Shown here piece by piece: positions 30,795 through 40,001 of a stretch of 64,000 nt of DNA. The position numbers were made by a program, and so were the translations under genes. The notes beneath the pieces were generated by a model. That model saw nothing but the letters and a program-made list of their open reading frames with translations. It ran no database searches and had not been told where the DNA came from. Position 1 is the stretch's first letter; each line of letters opens with the position of its first letter. Source of the DNA: Spirochaetia bacterium (lineage in GTDB: Bacteria > Spirochaetota > Spirochaetia > UBA9216); NCBI GenBank assembly GCA_963675665.1, contig OY776510.1:864001-928000 (forward strand), written 5' to 3'.

Positions 30795-30942
30795 CTCCTA
30801 TAAAAAGTTCCCGCATGGATGCGGGTTTTAAGAGGTGAGGTTGTAAAGCTAAACTGCGTTTGCAGTTTAAACTGCGTTGCAGTTTTTGTTTTACAACTTC
30901 AAAATGATAAAATTGCATGGAAGCAATTTTATCATTCCTCCT
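30795..30942 (-). mobile_element. Non-autonomous mini-element with the same ends as the adjacent IS110
   Basis: CTCCTATAAAAAGT (30795-30808) equals 29413-29426; TTTTATCATTCCTCCT (30927-30942) equals 30784-30799; interior is all short palindromes, no ORF. Confidence 0.75.
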
Positions 30943-31004
30943 GAAATTATTTACGGCCCGCTTTTTAAAAGCCGTTATACATGAGTATTTATGTTAATGA
31001 CCGG

Positions 31005-31916
31005 TTAGGTCAATACCTTTACTTTGTTCTTTTTAAGCACCAGTGAGCCCTCGGGGCCTCCGGCGTCCTGTGCTACCGCGGCGCATTTTATTCTAAAAAG
31101 AAACCATGTCGGCGGCAGGTTTTCTCCCGACAGGGCTTCATAGTTTCCCTGTCCTTTCGAGATAATAATATCGGCCGAATTGAGTCTTGTAATAAAACCT
31201 GGATCACATTCCGATAAAACGGTTCCCGCTGTTGCCGCACCGGAACTGATTGTTTCAACTAATTTGTCTATGCCCACTGTTCTGGTGTCTTCCAACAGCG
31301 CGTCATTGAGCGCCGGTCCGCCGCGGACAACGAAAGTAATCTTTTTATCGGGAAAATCGGTAAGCAGGGTTTCAATGAAAATCCGGTCGAAGACAATCTC
31401 GCCGGCGTTGTCTCCGAGATAAATGATATTTTCAGCCTGTTTCAAATCAATGTGGAAATCCTCGAGCATGAAAAGCCCGTCATTGAAATCGTCTCCGTTT
31501 TCTATATGCTGAAAAAGCGGCTGGTCAAGAATTTCTTCAAGCGCTTCATTTAAATCAAGTGAAACCTTTGCTCCGAAGTCAATCAGGTTGCCTGCAATTG
31601 CAAGTGCAAGCGCTTCTGCAAACGGGTTATCAGCCTCTGTGACGCGTTTTTTCAGCTGCGGATACAGCTTCATTGCCGCTTCATTACTTGCGACCTTTAT
31701 TTTTTTATACGGATCGGCGATTCCTGTAGCTTCCTTAATCTTTACGGTAAGATAGGCGGCCATTTCGGGCGGGGTTACAGCGTCGGCAAGATCAGCAAGA
31801 TTTTCCAGCAGTTTATGAAATTCAATGCTTAATTCTTCTTCACCGATGCCGCACATGCGGCTGATCTGAAGATACTGTTTAAGCAGGCATACTACACAAT
31901 CAGGTTTGGCTATCAT
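31005..31916 (-). CDS. DUF89/ARMT1-like damage-control phosphatase
   Basis: DPYKKIK, AIAGNLIDFG, GDNAGEIVFD, LNDA, SKGQGNYE. Confidence 0.92.
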   Translation of the reverse strand: MIAKPDCVVCLLKQYLQISRMCGIGEEELSIEFHKLLENLADLADAVTPPEMAAYLTVKIKEATGIADPYKKIKVASNEAAMKLYPQLKKRVTEADNPFAEALALAIAGNLIDFGAKVSLDLNEALEEILDQPLFQHIENGDDFNDGLFMLEDFHIDLKQAENIIYLGDNAGEIVFDRIFIETLLTDFPDKKITFVVRGGPALNDALLEDTRTVGIDKLVETISSGAATAGTVLSECDPGFITRLNSADIIISKGQGNYEALSGENLPPTWFLFRIKCAAVAQDAGGPEGSLVLKKNKVKVLT

Positions 31917-31991
31917 AATGAGGCAATCTTAACAAAAAGAACTGATTAATGCAATATTGCCTACAATGCGCTTATAGTTTAATCTTGAAGC

Positions 31992-32738
31992 ATGATTATT
32001 ATACCTGCAATAGATTTGATAGACGGAAAATGTGTAAGACTGACAAAGGGTGATTACGGAACTTCAAGAATTTATAATGATGATCCTCTGGAAACAGCAA
32101 AAATGTTTGAAGCTTCCGGGGCAAAACGTATTCATATTGTCGATCTGGATGCCGCCCGGGGGGACGGAAACAACAGGTCCGTAATAAAAAAAATTAGGGC
32201 AAACGTATCGTGCATCATTGAAACCGGCGGAGGAATACGTACTACGGATGACGTCAGAGAGCTTGTTGACTGCGGAATAACACGTATGATTGCCGGAACT
32301 GTTCTGGTAAAAAAACCGGATTTGGTTGCCGGATGGATAGCAGAATTCGGTCGGTACTTCATCGCCGGGATTGATTCTCTTGACGGTGAAGTAAAAGTTT
32401 CCGGCTGGGAAAAAGGGTCCGGGCTTAAAGATGCCGATCTTGCAAAAGCCTGCTCGGAAATGGGGATAATCAGTATCGTCTTTACAAATATAGCCAGAGA
32501 CGGAATGCTCAGCGGCCCGGATTTGGAGAATACAATTAGAATAGCAACCCGGTCGGGCCTGCCGGTAATACTTTCAGGGGGAATAAGTTCGGCGGAAGAT
32601 ATCAGGAGTGTGACGGAAAAAGGCAGGGACAGCGGAATTGCCGGCATTATTACAGGCAAAGCGATATACGAAGGCCGGATAGATATAAAATCAGTGATTA
32701 CAGAATATCAGAGTGAAACCGGGAATACGGAGTGGTAA
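31992..32738 (+). CDS. hisA: ProFAR isomerase
   Basis: IIPAIDLIDGKCVRLTKGDY, HIVDLDAA, GGGIRT, TNIARDGMLSGPD. Confidence 0.95.
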   Translation: MIIIPAIDLIDGKCVRLTKGDYGTSRIYNDDPLETAKMFEASGAKRIHIVDLDAARGDGNNRSVIKKIRANVSCIIETGGGIRTTDDVRELVDCGITRMIAGTVLVKKPDLVAGWIAEFGRYFIAGIDSLDGEVKVSGWEKGSGLKDADLAKACSEMGIISIVFTNIARDGMLSGPDLENTIRIATRSGLPVILSGGISSAEDIRSVTEKGRDSGIAGIITGKAIYEGRIDIKSVITEYQSETGNTEW

Positions 32739-32739
32739 A

Positions 32740-33288
32740 ATGAGCAGCGGGATCAAGCCCTTTATAGTATTGAATGCCTCTGGTGGTGTTGAGACGGTAC
32801 TTCAGACTAATGACAAAGGATATAAAAAAAGCATAGAGAACAGCCTGATCTGGGCTGTAAATTCCGAAACGGAACGCCTGCTGCCGGAAGACCGGTTAGG
32901 CCGGGCCGGCGGGTTCCGGGAAAGACCCGGATGGTATGAGGCTGTAATTGCGGCGGATACTGATGGCGAAAGAGCAGAGCAGGACGAAAGAAAGCCTGCA
33001 GGCGGCGGCATTACAGATGGTAAATCAATAATTGAACGGCTTTATAATGTAATTGAGAAACGTAAAAAAGAAATGCCCGAGGGATCTTATACGACCCATC
33101 TGTTCAATTCGGGGGTATCAAAGATAAAGAAAAAAACGGGAGAGGAAGCAATAGAACTGCTTCTGGCTGAAGAACGGGGCGAAATTATCTATGAAGCGGC
33201 GGATCTTCTGTATCATCTGCTGGTTTTTCTTGCTGCCGTCGAAATCAAACCCGAAGATATTTTTAAAGAACTTGAGAGCAGGGAATAA
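32740..33288 (+). CDS. hisE: Phosphoribosyl-ATP diphosphatase with degenerate HisI-like N-terminus
   Basis: PEGSYTTHLF, KKTGEEAIE, EAADLLYHL; N-terminus lacks DCDxD and CH motifs. Confidence 0.88.
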   Translation: MSSGIKPFIVLNASGGVETVLQTNDKGYKKSIENSLIWAVNSETERLLPEDRLGRAGGFRERPGWYEAVIAADTDGERAEQDERKPAGGGITDGKSIIERLYNVIEKRKKEMPEGSYTTHLFNSGVSKIKKKTGEEAIELLLAEERGEIIYEAADLLYHLLVFLAAVEIKPEDIFKELESRE

Positions 33289-33320
33289 ATTCTGCTATAA
33301 TACAGGCGGAGGAATGAAAA

Positions 33321-33773
33321 ATGAGTAAAAAGGCTAAAATCAGCCTGCAGGAAATTACAGAAGACAGTTTGTCCGATATTCTTTCTCTTGAAGTTGCTGA
33401 AGAACAGAGACATCTTCTTACCAGCAACGCAAAATCAATTGCACAGGCCCATTTCTCAAGATTTTCCTGGATGAGGGCCATCTATGCCGATAACACAGCT
33501 GTAGGTTTCATACTTCTGTATCTGGATCCGGATACTCCCCATTATGAAATATGGAGATTTATGATAGACAAGGACTATCAGGGTTTGGGTTATGCCCGTG
33601 AAGCTATGGAGATGGTGATTGATTTTCTGAATAATCTTCCGGACTGCAACGAAATTTATCTTTGTTACGTTCCTGAAAAAGGAAATGCATCATGGTTTTT
33701 TAAGAGCCTCGGGTTTGTAGATACCGGCGAATTTCACGGTAATGAAAAGGAAATGAAACTGGAGCTTCTTTAA
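33321..33773 (+). CDS. GNAT N-acetyltransferase (spermidine acetyltransferase-like)
   Basis: IWRFMIDKDYQGLGYA, FKSLGFVDTGE. Confidence 0.88.
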   Translation: MSKKAKISLQEITEDSLSDILSLEVAEEQRHLLTSNAKSIAQAHFSRFSWMRAIYADNTAVGFILLYLDPDTPHYEIWRFMIDKDYQGLGYAREAMEMVIDFLNNLPDCNEIYLCYVPEKGNASWFFKSLGFVDTGEFHGNEKEMKLELL

Positions 33774-33774
33774 A

Positions 33775-34257
33775 TTGAAGTTTCTTACCCTTTTTCGTCA
33801 TTCTTCAGCTGTCCATGATTCTTCATATCGGGATTTTGATCGTCCGCTGAGGGAGAAGGGCGTTGAAAAGACGCGACGCACAACCGAACTTATTATTAAA
33901 GCAGATGTGAAACCTGATTTTCTGATATCAAGTCCCGCGGCAAGAGCGCTTGAGACCGCAGAATTGTTTGCTTCGTTCTCAGGATACGGGTTTACTCCGG
34001 ACAGCATTCAGCTGGATGAAAGGTTGTATCTCCCGTCGCCGGGAGATATTCTGGATTGCGTCAGGAATCTCGATGACTGTTATTCGGATGTTTTTCTTTT
34101 TTCTCATAATAACGGAATCAGCTGGGCCGCACAGGAATTCTGCAATGATCCGGGGATAATCATGCCTACGGGCGCAGCGGTCAGAATAAGCTTCAATAAG
34201 GATTCATGGTTTGATATAATCTTCGGCAGCGGAATAAAGACCGGCTTTTTCCCCTGA
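33775..34257 (+). CDS. SixA-like histidine phosphatase
   Basis: LFRHS, DFDRPL, SSPAARALETA, SHN. Confidence 0.85.
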   Translation: MKFLTLFRHSSAVHDSSYRDFDRPLREKGVEKTRRTTELIIKADVKPDFLISSPAARALETAELFASFSGYGFTPDSIQLDERLYLPSPGDILDCVRNLDDCYSDVFLFSHNNGISWAAQEFCNDPGIIMPTGAAVRISFNKDSWFDIIFGSGIKTGFFP

Positions 34258-35193
34258 GTCAGCATCCGCATCAGGTTTTCCGCAGGATTCGACGGAGCCT
34301 TCCCGCGCCAGATCTATTTCGAGGTCCGGATATGCCGATGCTTCATTTTTCCGGTAACCCTCCAGGAGATTTTCCAGTTCTGTGTCGGAACGTTCCATGG
34401 CATGGTGAAAGAACAGCAGTTTTTTAACTTTGTTTTCGCCCGCAGTTTTAATAGCCCTTTCAAATGATGTATGGCCCCAGCCCCTGTATTTGGACATCAG
34501 ATCCGCTTCGGTGTACTGGCTGTCATGAACAAGGATATCAGACCCGGCAAGAAAATTGCCAATTTCTTCATTTGCCTCTTCAGCAGCAATTCTGCCTTCG
34601 GTAGCGGCAAATTCATCATATGACGGATCCTCCGGATTTTCGGGAAACAGGTTGAAAAAGGGTTCAGTGTCATAGGCGGTGCTTACAACGGCGCCGTTAT
34701 GTTCAAAACGGTATCCGAGCGTCAGAATCGGGTGGTTCAGATAATGTGTAGAAATTTTTAGATCACCTGATATAAATTCCGTTTGCTGTAAATGATGATA
34801 ATTCATTTTGGCGCTTAATTCGGAATGCTTAACCGGAAAATACCTGTATGAAAACTGGTCCGATATAATCTTCTCAAGTCCTTCTTCTTCATAAGTCACC
34901 GGACCGTAAATGTCGATTTTAAACCCAGGAATGTAAATCGGGGTGAAATAAGGAAGCCCCATTATGTGATCCGAATGTGTATGCGTAAGAAAAATCCTGA
35001 TCTGTTTCGGGCAGTTGCCTGATTTCATAAGATGATTGCCCAGCAGCCTTATGCCTGACCCGGCGTCAATTATAATCAATTCATCGTCTTTTCCATAACG
35101 AAGTTCAAGGCAGGCGGTATTTCCGCCGATTCTGACCGTATCAGGGCCGGGACAGGGTGTAGAACCGCGAACGCCCCAGAATTTAACTTTCAT
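34204..35193 (-). CDS. MBL-fold metallo-hydrolase
   Basis: MKVKFWGVRGS, GGNTAC, DAGSGI, THTHSDHIMGLP, GWGHTS; start set at ATG 35193. Confidence 0.92.
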   Translation of the reverse strand: MKVKFWGVRGSTPCPGPDTVRIGGNTACLELRYGKDDELIIIDAGSGIRLLGNHLMKSGNCPKQIRIFLTHTHSDHIMGLPYFTPIYIPGFKIDIYGPVTYEEEGLEKIISDQFSYRYFPVKHSELSAKMNYHHLQQTEFISGDLKISTHYLNHPILTLGYRFEHNGAVVSTAYDTEPFFNLFPENPEDPSYDEFAATEGRIAAEEANEEIGNFLAGSDILVHDSQYTEADLMSKYRGWGHTSFERAIKTAGENKVKKLLFFHHAMERSDTELENLLEGYRKNEASAYPDLEIDLAREGSVESCGKPDADADSGEKAGLYSAAEDYIKP

Positions 35194-35194
35194 T

Positions 35195-36052
35195 TCATCC
35201 TCCGGAAATTTTAAGGAATACACGGGCTTTTTCAATCTCTTCTTTGAAAACCGGGCTCATTGCTTCAAGATCTTCAAAACCTACGCCAAGCGCCTCATAT
35301 ATCCCGGCGGCGGGTTCTTCGGGGTATCTGTTTCCGGCAAAACCCCGTTCCAGGTATAACGACATGTAATCTGCTACAGCAACTGCATATACAAGCTGTT
35401 TGTTGTCACCTTTATATTCGGAAGTGGCGTGATGATAAGCCAGCGCATCCCTTATTCCGCCTTCGATTTTCCAGTGATCGGCGACAAGCGAGCCGACCGC
35501 CTGGTGGTCAAAACCGAAAAGTGATTCTTCAACCCGGTTTAAAGCAGTTTTATTCCTGTCCGAATTCGAGATGGCTGCAAGGTATTCCTGCGGATAACAA
35601 TTTGTAAACGGTATTTTGCCGATATCATGGAGCAGCCCGGCAATAAAGAATTCTTCATGCTGTTTGGGATCAATCCCTATTTTAACAGCTATCTTTTTCG
35701 CTATTACCCCGGCGCAGAGGGAATGTTCCCAAAAACCGTCCATATTCAGGATGTCGTTGCTTTTGCCTGCGGAGATACTGCCGAGAACAGCGGTACTTAA
35801 AGCAAGATTTTTTACCGTATTCAGGCCGAGCAGAATAATGGCCCTGACGAGGGATGTTATCTTGTTAGGCCGTCCGTAATATGCGGAATTGATAAGCTGC
35901 ATAACTTTTCCCATAATAACAGGATCAAGACCGACAACCTTATTAAGATCAGCCGGCGACGTAGCCGGATCATCACAGATCTCCATAACCCTGGTAACCG
36001 TAGTCGGCAGACTGGGCATTCTGTCAATAAACTTTTCAATCGTCTTTATCAT
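35195..36052 (-). CDS. HDOD domain protein
   Basis: MPSLP, DPVIMGKVMQLINSAYYG, FWEHS, AGLLHDIGK, GFDHQAVG. Confidence 0.92.
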   Translation of the reverse strand: MIKTIEKFIDRMPSLPTTVTRVMEICDDPATSPADLNKVVGLDPVIMGKVMQLINSAYYGRPNKITSLVRAIILLGLNTVKNLALSTAVLGSISAGKSNDILNMDGFWEHSLCAGVIAKKIAVKIGIDPKQHEEFFIAGLLHDIGKIPFTNCYPQEYLAAISNSDRNKTALNRVEESLFGFDHQAVGSLVADHWKIEGGIRDALAYHHATSEYKGDNKQLVYAVAVADYMSLYLERGFAGNRYPEEPAAGIYEALGVGFEDLEAMSPVFKEEIEKARVFLKISGG

Positions 36053-38432
36053 CCGGCTCTTCCTTTTTATAATCATCTAGCTTGTTGAGAATATTTTTCA
36101 GTCTGTCGCTCAGCGAATCGGCGATTCTGGAATCGGGAAGGGCCCTGGTCAGACCTGTCATGAAATTCAGGGTATTACCAATACGGTTGTTTGTCAATTT
36201 TACTTTCTGAACATCTGTTTTATTCGGAGCGGTTTCTTCCCTGCTGCTCTGAATGCGTGCGATAAGTCCGGGATCCCCGGCCATCTTGGCCTTTAGTGCT
36301 GCAAGTTTGAGTCTCATATCGCTTGATCGGTATTCGTCAAGCTTGTCCGAAGGCAGATATTTTGTCAGATTATCGAGATATCCGAAGATATTGTTTTCTT
36401 CTTCTACCGGTTCTTCCCGGGGTTCAACGTTTACAATTTCCTGCTCTTCCTCAATGTCCGGCTCCGGTTCGGGCTCCGGTTCGGGCTCCGGTTCGGGCGG
36501 AGGAGGTGCCTTCTGGATAACAATCGGCGGAGTTTCCAGTTTAATTGTCAGCGGACTGTTGAAATTCAACGGCATTGCCGGCTGCGGAGGAGGGGCCGGT
36601 TTTGATGAATCTACGGCCGGAGCCCCCGAAGGTGCTGCAGGTGCAGGCAAAGATTCAATTTCCTCGATTTTTTCAATTTCTTCCGGTTCCGGTTCTTCAT
36701 CCTCTTCCGGCGGCGGGATAAACTCATCCTCATCGGTTATGGTAAGTTCTTCTTCTTCTTCATCAAAAAGGATGACGGGATCAATTCCTCCGACATCAAG
36801 AATGGGTACGTATTCTCCGGCTATGTCCTGAAGCCCGTCAAGCATAAAACTTGCTTCTTCATGCTGCTGAATTGGCTCCATTGTTCTGGCAAGGGCTTTC
36901 AGATTTCTGTTCCAGCTGCTTCCGTATTCCCGGGCATACTGAACAGCCATTTCATCATAAAATTTCAGGTTTTCATTTAGTTCTTCAAGATCAAAATCCG
37001 TTTGGTCCTCATTGCCGGATGCGGCCAGTTTTTCAGCTGCCTGCAGCGCCTTTTCAGTTAATCCGGCTTCTTTTGCGGTTTCAGCAAACATCTGCAGGAG
37101 CTTGATGTCCTCAGGGGCCGCCGCAGAAAGTTTTTCAAGAATCGTTGCAGCTTTCCGGAAATTTTTATTTTCAATGTAAAGTTCAGCAAGCAAAAGTGCC
37201 GGCGCAAAATCTTCCGGACTGTTTTTATAGATGTATTCGCATTCTGTAATGGCTCCGTCTGTTTTGTTCAGCGACTTTAAAAGAAGTGCGAGCTGCAGTC
37301 TTGCATCATGAGCATCAGGATCAATATTAAGCCCTTTTCTGTATGTGTTTAAGGCCCGGTCCTTTTTTCCGCTGAGACTGAATTGTCTTGCCATTGCAAA
37401 CCATGCCCGGCTTTCATTTTGATTGCGGTCCAGGATATACCTGATAATAGAAAATGCCTCGTTATATTTTCCGGTTTCAAGCAGGATATTGCCAAGAAGA
37501 AGCCGCAGTTCCATGTTGTCGGGATCATTTTCCTGGTGTTCCCGCAGAAGTTTCTCCGCGGCAGGCAGGTTCTTAAGCGAATAATAAACTGCTGAAAGAT
37601 TAACAGCGGCCGGGGTGTAAAAAGGGTTGTCGGTAAGCAGTTCAGAAAAAATAATCTCTGCCTTGTCAGTGTCGCCGAGGTCGAAAGCAATTTCACCGGT
37701 TCTGCATTTTGCTTCAGGCGAACCGGGAGAAAGGTCAAGGACCTTTTGGTACAGACGCGATGCCTCGTCGGGATCTTTTTTCTGTAAAAGATCTCCAAGG
37801 TTTAAAAGACAATCTTCCCAACCGGGATTTATTTTTAATGCAGTCCTGTATTCCTTTTCGGCTTTTTTATCTTCCCCTCTTTTACGGTAAATGTTAGCCA
37901 GATTGAAATGAAGGCCGGGATTGTTCTCATCGATGGAAAGTCCCTGTGTCAGGATTTTTTCGGCCTCTTTATTTTTTCCGGCTTCGGACAAAAGAAGGGC
38001 AAGGTTGTTATATGTGGGAATAAAATCAGGTTTTTTCTCTATTGCCAGTCGGTAAATCTGTTCTGCCCTGGAAAGCTCTCCAAGCTGACGGTGAATGTTT
38101 CCGATATTATAGATTATATCCGCCCGGTCTCCGGCAAGCCTGTAGGCCTTCTGTGCGGTGTTAAGCGCTGTTTTCAATTTTCCGCGTTTCTGGTAAACAA
38201 GCGCAGAATCAATCAGGGTATCTACATTTTCAGGATCCTTCTGCAGCATGGTTTCAAAGACCTTTTGCGCGCTCTGAAGTTTTCCTTCCCGTACAAAAAT
38301 ACTGCCGAGAAGCAACTGACCGGAGGTGTTGTCCGGTTCTTTTTTTAATAATTTCATACACAGGCTTTCCGCCTGGCCCAAATCTCCGGTGAGAAGTGCG
38401 TATCGTGATCGGCTTAACAGGTCTTTGCTCAT
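36036..38432 (-). CDS. Tetratricopeptide repeat protein with acidic Pro/Glu-rich linker
   Basis: Multiple TPR units (YNIGNIH, YNNLALL, HFNLANIY), then PEPEPE and poly-Glu tracts. Confidence 0.88.
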   Translation of the reverse strand: MSKDLLSRSRYALLTGDLGQAESLCMKLLKKEPDNTSGQLLLGSIFVREGKLQSAQKVFETMLQKDPENVDTLIDSALVYQKRGKLKTALNTAQKAYRLAGDRADIIYNIGNIHRQLGELSRAEQIYRLAIEKKPDFIPTYNNLALLLSEAGKNKEAEKILTQGLSIDENNPGLHFNLANIYRKRGEDKKAEKEYRTALKINPGWEDCLLNLGDLLQKKDPDEASRLYQKVLDLSPGSPEAKCRTGEIAFDLGDTDKAEIIFSELLTDNPFYTPAAVNLSAVYYSLKNLPAAEKLLREHQENDPDNMELRLLLGNILLETGKYNEAFSIIRYILDRNQNESRAWFAMARQFSLSGKKDRALNTYRKGLNIDPDAHDARLQLALLLKSLNKTDGAITECEYIYKNSPEDFAPALLLAELYIENKNFRKAATILEKLSAAAPEDIKLLQMFAETAKEAGLTEKALQAAEKLAASGNEDQTDFDLEELNENLKFYDEMAVQYAREYGSSWNRNLKALARTMEPIQQHEEASFMLDGLQDIAGEYVPILDVGGIDPVILFDEEEEELTITDEDEFIPPPEEDEEPEPEEIEKIEEIESLPAPAAPSGAPAVDSSKPAPPPQPAMPLNFNSPLTIKLETPPIVIQKAPPPPEPEPEPEPEPEPDIEEEQEIVNVEPREEPVEEENNIFGYLDNLTKYLPSDKLDEYRSSDMRLKLAALKAKMAGDPGLIARIQSSREETAPNKTDVQKVKLTNNRIGNTLNFMTGLTRALPDSRIADSLSDRLKNILNKLDDYKKEEPDDKDD
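36460..36498. repeat. 12-bp coding tandem repeat (GGCTCCGGTTCG)x3
   Basis: Three exact units encoding PEPE in the TPR protein. Confidence 0.85.
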
Positions 38433-38434
38433 TA

Positions 38435-39925
38435 TTATTCCCTGATTATTGCTGAAGGTCTTACACTGACTTCCCTTGAGAATATGCTTTCATGGGGTTC
38501 TTCAGCGTTGTCATATGAAGTTACAGTAAAATAGTATAATATGCCGTTTTTAAGTCCGTCAATTTCTATCGAAAGCGTTTTTCCCGCGTCAACAGGAGAC
38601 TCTCCGGCGGCAGCATCTTTCCCGAAGTAAATACCGGGTTTTGTTCCGTAATAAATACGGTAACCGGCAACATCAACGTCGGTGACGGAACTCCAGTTCA
38701 GAACAGCCTTGCCGTTTCCGGCTTTTGCAGAGAGATATGCCGGCGGCAGGGGCGGCAGGTTCTTCTCATAATTGATAGTCATACTTTTAAGCAGCGGCGA
38801 ATTAATTCCGGTTCCGTCCGGATACAGTTCAGCCATAATCTGGATGTATTTACCTTTTTCATCAGGTGATAGAATTTCTCCCGGTTCAAGCTGTTTCCAT
38901 TGCGGGTATTCGGCATCGGGATGGAAATATCTGTTTGATAGCCTGTAGAAGAAATGAATTTGGGTTTTTCCGGCATAAGTATAATCAGCATCAAGTTTCA
39001 GGAACCTTGAATCGGAATAATCAAGATCTATTATATCTGAAATGACAGTTCCGCTGTTCATGCTGAACCGGTTTAAATCCGGGCTGCTGAACTCGCCGGT
39101 TATCCTGAGTTCGTCAAGATAGCCTGTGTATCCCCGGCCGACCATGAAACGTGACGGTTTTGCCGCGCCGATAAGAGACGAATAAATTTCAGCCTGTTCC
39201 TTTCCTGTAGGAGTTGTATAAACCATGTCTTCCGGAACACCATCGATAAGATATTCCAGAAGTCCGATTGAACTGTCATAACGCAGCATGTGGTGATGCC
39301 ATCGCTTTGGAATAAGCGAACGAGATGATGTAAGGGTAAATTTTGTTTCACCCAGTTGCGGAGTCAGAAAAATATTAATGAAATCCCAAAACATATTTCG
39401 ATCGGAAATACCGCATAGAATCTCCTGCTGATATGTTTTACCCTGTGCAGATACGGCCCCCGTCCATTGAATAATGTGTTCTCCCTCTGAGAGTCTGGAA
39501 GGATTCAGCCAGAATTCAATACAAAAATCGGTGAGTTTCCCGCTTCCGGCAGCAAAAAGAGCAGTATCTGAAGGAATCAATTCAAGAAATGTATTATCTC
39601 CGGGAAAAACAGCAGACGCTTCTCCTTTACGCTTGATTTCATCAGAAAGCCGGACGCCCTGGTTCTGTTTGATTTTGTATAATCCTCCCTCATCGAAGAT
39701 GCTGCCGTTAAAATGAAACAGCATTTCTGTATCGGGTGTAACAGGGTATTCGTTGTCGGCCAGCTGAATTTCAGCACTGCCTGATTCTGTATTCAGACGG
39801 CTGTTCATCATGCTGATGCCGGACCAGCCGTCTTCACCGCCCAGAACGATCTCTTCGGAGAACAGCGGTTCCAGCAGTGAAAAAAATAATGAAATGATCA
39901 GAATATAAAAATTTATTTTACGCAT
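38435..39925 (-). CDS. Secreted LamG-like jellyroll + fibronectin type III protein
   Basis: Signal peptide; IEFWLNP, WHH, YTGYLDELRI (LamG); LNW..GYRIYYG..GLKNGILYYFTVTSYD (FN3). Confidence 0.82.
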   Translation of the reverse strand: MRKINFYILIISLFFSLLEPLFSEEIVLGGEDGWSGISMMNSRLNTESGSAEIQLADNEYPVTPDTEMLFHFNGSIFDEGGLYKIKQNQGVRLSDEIKRKGEASAVFPGDNTFLELIPSDTALFAAGSGKLTDFCIEFWLNPSRLSEGEHIIQWTGAVSAQGKTYQQEILCGISDRNMFWDFINIFLTPQLGETKFTLTSSRSLIPKRWHHHMLRYDSSIGLLEYLIDGVPEDMVYTTPTGKEQAEIYSSLIGAAKPSRFMVGRGYTGYLDELRITGEFSSPDLNRFSMNSGTVISDIIDLDYSDSRFLKLDADYTYAGKTQIHFFYRLSNRYFHPDAEYPQWKQLEPGEILSPDEKGKYIQIMAELYPDGTGINSPLLKSMTINYEKNLPPLPPAYLSAKAGNGKAVLNWSSVTDVDVAGYRIYYGTKPGIYFGKDAAAGESPVDAGKTLSIEIDGLKNGILYYFTVTSYDNAEEPHESIFSREVSVRPSAIIRE

Positions 39926-40001
39926 AACTTCTTATTAATAATCGGATATTAATCTGTTTTTCAAAATTGTTTATTTTTAAAATTGGCTTTATATTAGGTT
40001 A

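Larger units (their letters stand above)
29413..30799 (-). mobile_element. IS110-family element with IS1111-like subterminal inverted repeats
   Basis: Core CTCCT at 29413-29417 and 30795-30799; perfect 10-bp IR ATAAAAAGTC (29418-29427) / GACTTTTTAT (30780-30789); encodes DEDD recombinase. Confidence 0.9.

Noticed and set aside
39926-40001. SOS box upstream of uvrC
   Set aside because: No convincing palindrome beyond AT-rich background
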